Assembly (NCBI GenBank): GCA_041499215.1
Contig: JBGQJV010000003.1
Location: 1-47,788, forward strand
DNA length: 47,788 bases
From: Gemmatimonadota bacterium
GTDB lineage: Bacteria > Gemmatimonadota > Gemmatimonadetes > Gemmatimonadales > GWC2-71-9
Reading direction: 5' to 3'
The stretch's first letter is position 1; each line of letters opens with the position of its first letter. A program made the position numbers and the translations under genes. Shown here in pieces: positions 7,743-17,100 of the stretch. The notes under the pieces are model-generated. The model searched no databases. It had not been told where the DNA came from and saw only the letters and a program-made list of their open reading frames with translations.

Positions 7743-8957
7743 ATGTCCATGTCCCGCCAGCAGTTGAAGTTCGTTGCGGCGCTAGGGCTGGGCCTGTGGT
7801 TCCAGCCCCAGCCTCCCCCGGAGCCCATCGCCTCCCTCTCCCGGCTGGCAGCCCAGCGTGATTCCGCCTTCGTCGTCCCGGACAGCGTCCGGGCCCTCCT
7901 GACCTACGTCACCTCGCTGGTTCTCGATTCCGACAGCAGTCTGTATCTCGCCGATCCCCAGCTCGGCCTGATCCTCCAGCTCGAGCCGACGGGTGACTTC
8001 CGGAGGACGATCGGCCGCCGCGGCTCCGGGCCGGGAGAGTTCCACTCGGTCCTCACCCTCGGGCTGCACCGGGACTCACTCTGGGCCATGGATCCGGGTC
8101 TCGTCCGGCTCACCCTGATGCCGCGACGTGGCCGCGGAGTGGTCACCGTTCCGTTCGGCGGAACCGCGGTGACACTCGCATCTTCCGCCCGCCCACAGAC
8201 CCGAACCGGAATCCCCGCCGCGGTACTGCCGGACGGATCGCTGTTGGTGCAGGAAGTGGTGCGCGACAGTGCCAGCCGGGTCGGTGAGGCGAGTCACTCA
8301 TTCCTGCTACGGACTGCGCGCAGTCTCGAGGTGATGGACACCGTGGTGCGGTTGTCGATGGAGCATAGTGGAATGGGGTTCATCTACCGGGACGGCGAAT
8401 CGCACTATCGGCAGCCATTCGGGGATGACCCACTCTACGCCACTTCATCCGACGGGTCCCTGCTCGTCACCGTGACTCGTGACGTGTCAGGCCGGACCAG
8501 CGCCGGCACGTTCATCGTCACCGCCTGGGGCGAGGGCAAGCGGCGGTTGTTCACCCGCGAGATCAGCTATGAGGCCATGCGTCTCCCGCGGTCCGCGGTG
8601 GACAGCGTGATCGATCAGTTTTCCAGGCCGCAGCGCCGGGATGAGCCGTCCACTCCGGTGACAGCTGACTCCATACGCCGCCGGCTGTTCCGGCCGGCCT
8701 ACTTCCCGCCGGTCGAGGAGGTGAAGGTGGCGCGGGACGGAGCAGTGTGGCTCAAGGTACGGTTTGCTGACAGTCCGGAGGGCGTGGGGGACTGGCTGGT
8801 CCTCTCCCGGCACGGCTTCGAGCTTGCCCGGGTCACCCTCCCCGCCAGCTTCAGGCTTCTCGAGGCCAACCGGCGGACGGCCTGGGGGGTTGAAGGCGAC
8901 CAGCTCGATGTGCCGCTGGTGGTGCGGTATGTGATCCCCGAACGGCGGAAGGTCTGA
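7743..8957 (+). CDS. 6-bladed beta-propeller (NHL-like) protein
   Basis: LYLAD, TIGRRGSGPGEF, DSLWAMD; C-terminal GDQLDVPLVVRY; paralogous pattern to 3867-5021. Confidence 0.8.
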   Translation: MSMSRQQLKFVAALGLGLWFQPQPPPEPIASLSRLAAQRDSAFVVPDSVRALLTYVTSLVLDSDSSLYLADPQLGLILQLEPTGDFRRTIGRRGSGPGEFHSVLTLGLHRDSLWAMDPGLVRLTLMPRRGRGVVTVPFGGTAVTLASSARPQTRTGIPAAVLPDGSLLVQEVVRDSASRVGEASHSFLLRTARSLEVMDTVVRLSMEHSGMGFIYRDGESHYRQPFGDDPLYATSSDGSLLVTVTRDVSGRTSAGTFIVTAWGEGKRRLFTREISYEAMRLPRSAVDSVIDQFSRPQRRDEPSTPVTADSIRRRLFRPAYFPPVEEVKVARDGAVWLKVRFADSPEGVGDWLVLSRHGFELARVTLPASFRLLEANRRTAWGVEGDQLDVPLVVRYVIPERRKV

Positions 8958-8994
8958 TCCGGTAGACGTTCTGAGTTCGGACGACTAACCGGGG

Positions 8995-9035
8995 GCGGGG
9001 ACCAGCGGGCTCAATCCGAGCCTGCTGGTCCCCGC
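8995..9035. terminator. Strong hairpin, probable terminator or stabiliser
   Basis: GCGGGGACCAGCGGGCTC-aatcc-GAGCCTGCTGGTCCCCGC, 18-bp stem with one G-U pair; no U-tract. Confidence 0.55.
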
Positions 9036-9040
9036 GGCCG

Positions 9041-9329
9041 TCAGGGGTCCTGCGCGAGGAATGGGGTAGTGCCGGGTCACACCAGTTGGTACTCGTCCGA
9101 GCGCCGGCAGAATGTCGGCGAGTTCACGCCGCCCGGTACGGTTGACGACGCACTCGGCCATCTCTCCGGGCTGGGCAGCGGAGCAGATTGGAGCGCCGAC
9201 ACGATCGCGCTACCCGAAGGCCGCGCATTCCCTGGTGACCGCTCGACGAGCAGGATGGCTCCGGGGGGTAGGTCCGCTTGGGATCGGAGTGGGGGACCAG
9301 TGTGGCGGACCAGCGACGTACGTGTGCAT
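9041..9329 (-). pseudogene. Possible frameshifted remnant paralogous to the N-terminus of regulator 5336-6079
   Basis: ATG 9329 with AGGGGG upstream; MHTYVAGPP / LPPGAILLVE...SALQSAP / LPALGRVPTGVTRHYP across two frames resemble MSLFILEPP / PPVGALFVAD...EALQEHRDAP / LAAFEPVPGVLAPLYP. Confidence 0.3.
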
Positions 9330-9688
9330 CTGACCCCCTGTTGTTGGCCGGCCCGGCCGCATGGCGCGATGAGCCAGGATAGCCGAGGAAAACCAACCAA
9401 TCGTGAAAATGACGGCCGAGGGGGGCGGCCAGATGGTGGGAAAGCCAGGCGGTTGCGCACCTCAGGATCGTCTTTCCCGGGTGCCTCGGCAACGTTGTCT
9501 GGATTCAACGGCGATGTATTGTCGGTAAGGCATGTTGCTGGGGATCCCGGTACTCCAGGAGTCGATTTGGTTGCGGCTATCGGGACTATCCCGCGGCTCT
9601 CCCGTGCGTATTATTGATACCAGTTCCCCCTGCGACCGTGGTACCCTGTGGCGCATCATTACCGCCACCGAAGCCACGCGAATCTGCC

Positions 9689-10834
9689 ATGACCCGATAT
9701 CCCAGTCTCCTCCTGGCGGCCGTCCTTCTGGCCGCCCCCGCCTGCAAGGGCAAACCCGCCCAGGCGGAGGGGGACAGGCCTGCCTCCGGTGAGGATCCCG
9801 GGCTGGCCAGTGGGTCCAGCCTCGCCCTGCCGGTGGCCGGTGAGGCGGTTCGCCGGGGCGACCTGGTGCTCACCATAGCCACTACCGGCCAGGTCCGCTC
9901 CGAGGCGGTCGCGGCGCTCAAGGGCGAGGTCAACGGGACGGTGGAGGATGTGCTGGTCCGTCCGGGAAGCCGGGTCAGGAAGGGTGACCCGATTGTCAGG
10001 CTCGACCCCCGACAATTCGACCTGGCGGTGCGCGAAGCAGATGCCGCGCTCGCCGAGGCCAATATCCGGTTCCAGGGAAACCTCGCCTCCGATTCCATCC
10101 TGCTCGGTCCCGGCCAGGAGGGGGAGCGGCGCAAGAACGCGTTGGCGCTGTCCGGTGTCCCCGCCGCCGAAGTCCGGCTGGAAAAGGCCAAGCTCGACCG
10201 GGAGCGTGCCACCATCACCGCTCCGTTCGACGGGGTGGTGGACCGGGTGGGCATCTCCGCGGGCGAGCGGCTCTCCCCCGGCCAGGATGTTGCGACCGTT
10301 GTGGACATGACCCATCTGCGGGTCGAGGCCCAGGTGTTGGAACACGACCTTCCCTATATCAGGCCTGGCGGGGAGGCACTGATCTCCACTCCGGCCAGCC
10401 AGGGCACGCCAGTGCATGGCCGGATCACGGCAGTGCTGCCGCTGGTGGACTCCACCTCCCGCGCGGGGCGGGTGGTGGTGAGTGTGGTAGCCCCAAGGCA
10501 TGCCTTGGGGCCATCCGCCGCCCTCCAACCAGGTATGTATGCCGATCTCCGCCTCGAGGCGACCCGCCTGCCCAACCGGATCATTGTCCCCGCCCGCGCG
10601 GTCATCGAGCGGGACGGGCGTCCGCTGGTGTTCGTGGTGAAGGGCGGCCGAGCCCAATGGGTGTACATCCTCCCTGGCCGTTCCAACGGCTCCGAGACCG
10701 AAGTGCTCCCCGACTCCAGCACCGGGCAGATCCCCGTGGCCGTGGGCGACACGGTCCTGACCGAGGGTCACCTGACTCTCACCCACGACGCGCCGGTCAG
10801 AGTGCTTTCCGCCAAGGAGAGGGCCGATCAATGA
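9689..10834 (+). CDS. RND efflux periplasmic adaptor (MFP), lipoprotein
   Basis: Lipobox-like AAPA-C; VRPGSRVRKGD, ITAPFDGVV, LQPGMYA motifs. Confidence 0.95.
   Translation: MTRYPSLLLAAVLLAAPACKGKPAQAEGDRPASGEDPGLASGSSLALPVAGEAVRRGDLVLTIATTGQVRSEAVAALKGEVNGTVEDVLVRPGSRVRKGDPIVRLDPRQFDLAVREADAALAEANIRFQGNLASDSILLGPGQEGERRKNALALSGVPAAEVRLEKAKLDRERATITAPFDGVVDRVGISAGERLSPGQDVATVVDMTHLRVEAQVLEHDLPYIRPGGEALISTPASQGTPVHGRITAVLPLVDSTSRAGRVVVSVVAPRHALGPSAALQPGMYADLRLEATRLPNRIIVPARAVIERDGRPLVFVVKGGRAQWVYILPGRSNGSETEVLPDSSTGQIPVAVGDTVLTEGHLTLTHDAPVRVLSAKERADQ
10487..10513 (+). repeat. Intragenic GTAG-led palindrome
   Basis: GTAGCCCCAAGGCATGCCTTGGGGCCA; perfect 22-nt palindrome core; encodes VAPRHALGP. 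Confidence 0.8.
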
Positions 10835-10835
10835 G

Positions 10836-10907
10836 GTGAACGGTGAACGGTGAAAGGTGAACGGGGGAAGCCACGCACCCGTTCACCGTTCACTCTTCAC
10901 TGTTCAC
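10836..10907. repeat. Inverted heptamer arrays (GTGAACG)x4 / (CGTTCAC)x4
   Basis: Between the MFP stop and RND start; 16-nt centre; followed by CCTTTT. Confidence 0.9.
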
Positions 10908-10929
10908 CCTTTTGGTTTTCGCCCAGCCC

Positions 10930-13900
10930 ATGTCCCTTGCCTCCACCGCCCTCAAGCGCCCGGTCACCACCGTCGCCGCGACCATCGCCCTGGTGCTGCT
11001 CGGCGCGGTTTCGCTGGGGCGGCTGCCGGTCACGCTGCTGCCCGACGTCACCCTCCCGGTCCTGACCATTCGCACGCTGTATCCCGGTTCCGCCGCCACC
11101 GAGGCGTCGCGCTTCGTGGCCGAGCCGGTGGAGGAAGCGATCGCCGCGACGCCGGGTCTGGTGGAGCTCCGGTCCGTCAGCCGCAACGGAGAGGTGACCA
11201 CAACGGCGCGGTTCGCCTGGGGCACCGACATGGCCGCAACCGTCCTCACCGTGCGGGAACGGCTGGACAATGCCCGGTCGCAGCTGCCGGAGACGGCGGA
11301 GCGGCCGACCCTGCTCACCAGCGACCCGGGGCAGCGGCCCATCGCGGTGCTCGGCGTGACGGGCACCGGAGACCAGCGCGCGGTGGCACGGCTTGCCGAG
11401 CAGGTGCTGGCCCGCCGGCTGGAACAGCTGGACGGCATCGCCAGCGTCGCGGTGACCGGAGCGCCCGAGGATGAGATCCGGGTGGAGCTGGACCCGGGGC
11501 GGCTCCGGGCGCTGGGGCTCACCACCGAGGACGTGGTGACCGCGATCAGGAACGCCAACGCCAGCGCGCCCGGTGGCACTATCCGGCGGGGGCAGTTTCG
11601 CTTCTCGGTGCGAGCGCTCACCGAGCTCCGACAGCTCGATGAGTTCGCCGACATCCCGGTCGGACAGGCGGACGGGCGGGCCGGTGGACCGATACGCCTG
11701 TCCGACGTTGGCAGGGTCTCCCTGGCCACTGCGGACCCACGGACCCTCACGCGGCTGGATGGCAACCCTGGCATCGGCCTGGTGGTCTACAAGGATGCCG
11801 GCGCCAACACCGTCGCCGTCACCAGTGCGATGGTGGAGACGGTCGATCAGCTGGGCAAGGAGTTCCCCGAAGTGCGGCTGCGGGTGGTCGCGGCGCAGGC
11901 ACGGTTCGTGACCGACGCGCTGTCCAACCTGACCCAGGAGATCGTCGCCGGCGGGCTGCTCTCGCTGCTCCTGATCTTGCTGTTTCTGCGCGACTGGCGC
12001 AGCGCCCTTGGCATTGGTCTCATCGTGCCGCTGTCGGTGCTGGTATCGCTCACCGCGCTGCAGCTGCTCGACGTGACCATCAACGTCCTCTCGCTCGGCG
12101 GACTGGCTCTCGGCGTGGGTCTGCTGGTGGACAACGCCATCGTGGTCTCGGAGGCTTCGGGACGATTCCGCGAGGAGGGCTACGATCGCTGGGAGAGCGC
12201 GCGCCTGGCGGCCGAAGAGGTCTCCGGGCCGCTGATCGCGGGGACCCTCACCACGGTGCTGGTGTTCGGGCCGATCGTGTTCGTACGTGGGCTCGCCGCC
12301 GCGCTGTTCCGCGATCTGTCGCTGGCGGTGGTGACCTCGCTGATGGCGTCGTTGGTACTCGCCCTGACGCTGATGCCGGTGCTGCTGGTGGGAAGGCGGC
12401 GTTCGGTGTCCGTTCCGAGTTCCAAGTTCCAAGTTCAAAGTGGTTCCGGCGTCGAGCCAACTCGGAACTCGGAACTTGGAACTCGGAACGACTGGCTCAC
12501 CCGGGTTGGACTGCACCTCGCCGAGTGGTACGAGCGGGGCATGATGTGGTCTCTCGATCACCCGCGGACCGTCTTCACCATCTCCATCGTGTCCACCGTG
12601 CTGGCGGTGTGGCTCACCCTGCGACTGCCGCGCGAGATCCTGCCGCAGGTGGATGAGGGGGTGGCCATCGCCAGCCTGCGTCTTCCGGAAGGGACCGCCA
12701 TCGAGGAGACCGCCCGACAGGCGGCCCGGATCGAAACGGCGGCGGCGGGGCTGGGTTCGAAGGGGATCTACAGCCGGATCGGGGCCGCCACCGACGAAGA
12801 ACTGGTCTCCGGGGCCGAGCCCGGCGGGCCGGGCTACGCCCAGCTCCTGTTGCCGGTGCCGGCTGGCTCGGTGGCCCGGGCATTCGCCGACCGGCTCCGG
12901 GCGCGGGTACCAGACCTCGCCCAGGGGAGGCTCGCCATCGACCTGGCGGGGCAGTCGGAGTTCGGCAGCCTCATCGGACGGGAGGGGCGGCTGCTGCGGG
13001 TGGAGATCGCCTCGCCCGACCGCCGCACCACCGCGCGCTGGGCCGACACCGCGCGGACCCTGGTGGCCGCGATACCCGGTCTCACTGACGTCCGCGATGC
13101 CTACGCCGGCACCCAGCCGGTGGTGGAGCTGGGGCTCGAGCGCGAGCGGATCGCTCTGCGTGGTCTGTCTATCGACGCCGTGGCCGCCGCGCTCGCCGGC
13201 GGGCTTGGCGGAGTCAAGGCCAGCGAACTGCGCGAGACCGACCGGCGCACCCCCATTCGGGTGCGATATGCCGGCAGCGCCAACGAGGACCTGGCTACGG
13301 CCCTGGGCGCGACCATCGGGGGAGTCCCCCTCGGGCAGCTGGTCTCGGTCCGCGAAGTGCGCGACCCGGTCGAGGTGGTTCGGGTGGATCAGCGCCCGGT
13401 GCAGGTGCTGGAGGCCGCGGTCGAGGAGGGCGGCACGGCCCGCGCCGTCGAGCGGATCCGCACCACGCTGATCGGGTTGCCGGTGCCCGCCGGCCTCACC
13501 TGGGAAATCGGCGGCGCCGACACCGAGCAGCGGCGCACCCTGTCGGAGATGGGCGTGGTGGCGCTGCTTTCGGTCGCCCTGATGTTCCTGGTGCTGGCGG
13601 GTGAATTCGGCTCGTTCACTACCCCGCTGCTGGTCATGCTGACGGTGCCGCTGGCCGGCGTCGGCGGCATCTTCGTGCTGTGGCTCACCGGCCAGAGCCT
13701 CAACGCCGTGTCGCTGATCGGCATGGTGGTCATGATCGGTCTGGCGGACAACGATGCGGTGGTCAAGCTCGACGCCATCCGCCGGTTCCGCGAGGAAGGC
13801 CATCCGATCCGGGAGGCGGTGCTGCTGGGCGGGCGGCAGCGACTCCGCGCCATCGCGATGACTTCGCTCACCACCATCGTGGGCGTGCTGCCGCTGGTGC

Positions 13901-14157
13901 TGGGCTGGGGTAGCGGTGGTGAGCTGTATCAGCCGCTGGCGGCCGGCGTGATCGGCGGCTCGGTCACGGCCACCCTCGTGACTTTCTTTCTGCTGCCGAC
14001 CGCGTACGCCATGGTGGAGCAGCGCGCCGAGCGCCGAGGGCTGGCGGACGGGCGGACCGGCGGACCGGCGGACTTGAGCGCCCCCGGGTCCGAGGCGCTT
14101 GGCTCACTCGGCGAACTGGCATCCCGCCCGCCCGCCGGTCCGCCCGTCCGCCCATGA
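10930..14157 (+). CDS. RND efflux permease subunit 1 (AcrB/AcrD/AcrF family)
   Basis: ALKRPVTT, GLLVDNAIVVSE, RLRAIAMTSLTT, PLAAGVIGG. Confidence 0.95.
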   Translation: MSLASTALKRPVTTVAATIALVLLGAVSLGRLPVTLLPDVTLPVLTIRTLYPGSAATEASRFVAEPVEEAIAATPGLVELRSVSRNGEVTTTARFAWGTDMAATVLTVRERLDNARSQLPETAERPTLLTSDPGQRPIAVLGVTGTGDQRAVARLAEQVLARRLEQLDGIASVAVTGAPEDEIRVELDPGRLRALGLTTEDVVTAIRNANASAPGGTIRRGQFRFSVRALTELRQLDEFADIPVGQADGRAGGPIRLSDVGRVSLATADPRTLTRLDGNPGIGLVVYKDAGANTVAVTSAMVETVDQLGKEFPEVRLRVVAAQARFVTDALSNLTQEIVAGGLLSLLLILLFLRDWRSALGIGLIVPLSVLVSLTALQLLDVTINVLSLGGLALGVGLLVDNAIVVSEASGRFREEGYDRWESARLAAEEVSGPLIAGTLTTVLVFGPIVFVRGLAAALFRDLSLAVVTSLMASLVLALTLMPVLLVGRRRSVSVPSSKFQVQSGSGVEPTRNSELGTRNDWLTRVGLHLAEWYERGMMWSLDHPRTVFTISIVSTVLAVWLTLRLPREILPQVDEGVAIASLRLPEGTAIEETARQAARIETAAAGLGSKGIYSRIGAATDEELVSGAEPGGPGYAQLLLPVPAGSVARAFADRLRARVPDLAQGRLAIDLAGQSEFGSLIGREGRLLRVEIASPDRRTTARWADTARTLVAAIPGLTDVRDAYAGTQPVVELGLERERIALRGLSIDAVAAALAGGLGGVKASELRETDRRTPIRVRYAGSANEDLATALGATIGGVPLGQLVSVREVRDPVEVVRVDQRPVQVLEAAVEEGGTARAVERIRTTLIGLPVPAGLTWEIGGADTEQRRTLSEMGVVALLSVALMFLVLAGEFGSFTTPLLVMLTVPLAGVGGIFVLWLTGQSLNAVSLIGMVVMIGLADNDAVVKLDAIRRFREEGHPIREAVLLGGRQRLRAIAMTSLTTIVGVLPLVLGWGSGGELYQPLAAGVIGGSVTATLVTFFLLPTAYAMVEQRAERRGLADGRTGGPADLSAPGSEALGSLGELASRPPAGPPVRP
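12412..12489. repeat. In-frame inverted heptamer arrays (GTTCCRA / AACTYGG) inside the RND gene
   Basis: 30-nt arms complementary at 27/30; total length 78 nt. Confidence 0.9.
14043..14153. repeat. Inverted octamer arrays (GGCGGACN x4 / GTCCGCCC-type) in the 3' end of RND1
   Basis: Same octamer as 939-1000 and 41601-41656; ends at the ATG of RND2. Confidence 0.85.
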
Positions 14158-17100
14158 TCACCTGGGCTTCCCGCCGGCCCGCCGTCATCGGGGCAAGCGC
14201 CATTGCCATCCTGCTCGCCGGTGGCCTGGCTCTTTCGCGGCTTCCGATCGCGACCAGGCCCTACGTGGAGCTGCCCCGCCTGACCGTCTCGATGAGCTGG
14301 CCCGGCGCCTCGGCCGAGCTGGTGGAGACCTACCTCGGCAGTCCCATCGAGGCCGCCATCCAGTCGGTGCGCGGGATCCACAAGATCGGGAGCGAGTCGG
14401 GTGAGGGCTATCTCAGTCTCGACATCGATCTGGAGACCGGCACGGATGTGCGGCTGGCTCGGCTCGCAGTGCTCGAGCGGCTCGAGCTCCTCCGGGCCGA
14501 CTTTCCTGCCGGCTCGTCCGATCTGGAGGTCAGTAATTACGTCCCTGAGGGGCTGGACGAAGAGCCGCTGCTCGGCGCCACTGTCTACGGTCCGTACACC
14601 GCCGGGTCGCTGCAGGAGCTGGTCGAACGCCAGGTCAAGCCCCGGATCAACGCGGTGCCCGGCGTCGCGGGGGTTCGGGCCAGGGGTGGCGCGGTGGTCG
14701 GGGTGGCGGTGGCGTATCAGCCGGAGCGATTGCGACAGCTCGGCATCGAGCCGGCGGTGCTCAACGATGCGCTGGCGCGGGCCCGGGTGGTCGAGGCGAT
14801 CGGTGTGGAGCATGGCGGTGCCACCGAGCGCCAGGTGGTCCTGCGCGATACGCCCGATGCGCTCGAGGTTCTGGGGAGACTTCCGGTACCCGGTCCGGGT
14901 GGCCGGGTGCACCAGCTCGCTGACCTGGCGACCATTCGCCGGGAAGAGGACAACCAGGACAGCTTTTTCAGGGTGAACGGCGAGCCGGCGGTCATGATCC
15001 GGGTGGCCCGCCTGCCCGGCGCCGACGCGATCAAGACCGCCCGGGAGGTGCGGGCGGTCCTGGAGGAGCTTCGCCCCGGACTTCCCGCGGGGATCCGGTT
15101 CCAGGTGTTGAGCGACGAGAGTGTCCGGCTGAGCGAACAGCTGGGTGATCTCGGGGAGCGCGGGGCGATCGCGTTTGCCGCGGTGCTGCTGGTGCTGGCG
15201 ATTGGTCTCCGGGCACCCCGGGCGGTGATCCTGGTGCTGAGCAGCGCGGCGGTGGCCGTGGCCGGGACCACACTCGGTCTCTACCTCCTGGACATTCCGG
15301 CCAACCTGCTGACCCTGGCAGGCCTGGGCATGGGCATCGGCATCCTGGTGCAGAACGGCCTGGTGGTGGTGGACCGTCTCCGCACCGCCCCCGATACCAC
15401 GGCGGGACGCGCGGAGGCCGGCAGGCGGATCACCCCGGCAGTGCTGGGCTCCACCCTCACGACGGCAGTGGTGCTCTTTCCCTTCCTCTACCTGCAGGGC
15501 GATACCCGGGCGGCATTCGTGCCCTTCGCCGCGGCCTTCAGCATGGCGCTGGGGTGGTCCATCCTCACGTCGGTGGTGATGATCCCGGCGCTCGGTGCGG
15601 GCCACGGCGTGCACGAGGTCCGTTGGCCGCGGCTCCGCCGGTTCTATGTCCACCTCGTCATACGGCTGCTGCGCTGGCGCTGGGCAACGATGGCGGCCAC
15701 GCTGGTCATGCTGGCCGGGCTGGGCTGGGTCTTCGCGGTGAAAGTGCCGAGGTCCAGCTTCGCAGGCTGGTGGAACCAGCGGACCACGCTGTCCGCCCGG
15801 GTCGACTTCCCCAGCGGCTCGGACCCGGCCAGTGTGGATCAGAGTGTCCGGGAGCTGGAGCACATAGTGGTCGGCCGCGCCGGGGTGGAGAATGTGCAGG
15901 CGCAGGGTGACGCGAACGGCGGGTACGTCGTCGTGACATTCGACGACAACGCGGCTTTCACCTCGATTCCCCTGCAGATGCAGGAGGAGGTTACCCAGCG
16001 CGCGGTCCTGATCGGCGGGGCCTCGGTCGGAGTGAGCGGCCGGGGGCCTGGGTTCTATAACGGAGGCGCCTCGGGGAGCTTGGCCACCTTCCGGGTCAAG
16101 ATCCTGGGCTACTCGTTCACCGGGGTAGAACAGCTCGCGATCGACCTGAAGGCCCGGCTGGAACGCATACCGCGGGTCAAGTCAGTGGACATCAATGCCG
16201 CCGGGTTCTGGTTCGGCCGGGAACGGGCGAGCGACGTGACGCTGCTGCCCGACCGCGCTGCCCTGGCCAGCTACGGGCTCACCGCCAGCCAGTTCGCCGC
16301 GGCGGTAACCCGCGAAGTCGGCGGCGCCGCCGGACGGCAGCGCTTTGCCCTGGGTGACGAGGAGGTGTGGCTCTCGCTCAAGACCGAAGGGGCCAGGGCC
16401 CGGACCCTGGAGCAGCTGCGCGAGGCCCGGGTGCCCAACGCGCGGGCCATCCCGGTGCGGGTCGGAGATCTGGCCAGGGTGGAGGAGCGCGAGGCGCTGG
16501 CCCGGATCAGCCGCGAGGATCAGCAGTACGTCCGGGTGTTGAGCTACGAGTTCCGCGGGCCGCAGAAGCTGGCCAACCGCACCCACGAAGCGTTCATGAA
16601 GTCGATCTCGGTGCCACCCGGGTACACCGTGAGCGACGAGTACTTCGGCTGGCAGGACGACCAGAGCCAGAAAGGGCTGTGGCTGGTGTTCGCCATCGGG
16701 CTGGTGCTGGTCGTGCTTACCGTTGCGATGGTGTTCGATTCGGTCTGGGGGGCGGCGATGGTGTTCCTCAGCATTCCCATTGCCCTGGCCGGGGTGGTTG
16801 CGGCGTTCTGGATCGCCCACGCGGCGTTTACCCGGGAGGCCGCGGTCGGGGTGATCCTGGTGATCGGCCTGGCGGTGAACCAGTCGATCCTGCTGGTGGA
16901 TGGGGTGTTGCAGAACCAGGCGGCCACGCCGTGGGCCCGCACAGCTGTGCGGGCCTACACGGTGGTGGCCGCCTGCCGGGACCGGGCCGGGATGATCGTC
17001 CTGATCACCCTGACCACGCTCGCCAGCCCCCTGCCGCTCGCGGTAGGCACCGAGGCGCAGGATCTGTTCGGTGCGATCGCGCTGGCGATGGTCGGAGGAA

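Noticed and set aside
9069-9617. ORFs 9069-9617 (+), 9077-9508 (-) and 9124-9492 (-) as intact genes, or an ncRNA in this gap
   Set aside because: Atypical composition, no SD or motifs, and no RNA family I can recognise; an Rfam search would be needed.
10897-13803. Long antisense ORFs (also 13929-15863, 17840-19252, 20343-22541, 29786-32650, 33227-34669)
   Set aside because: Shadow frames of well-supported genes, expected with high GC3; no recognisable motifs.
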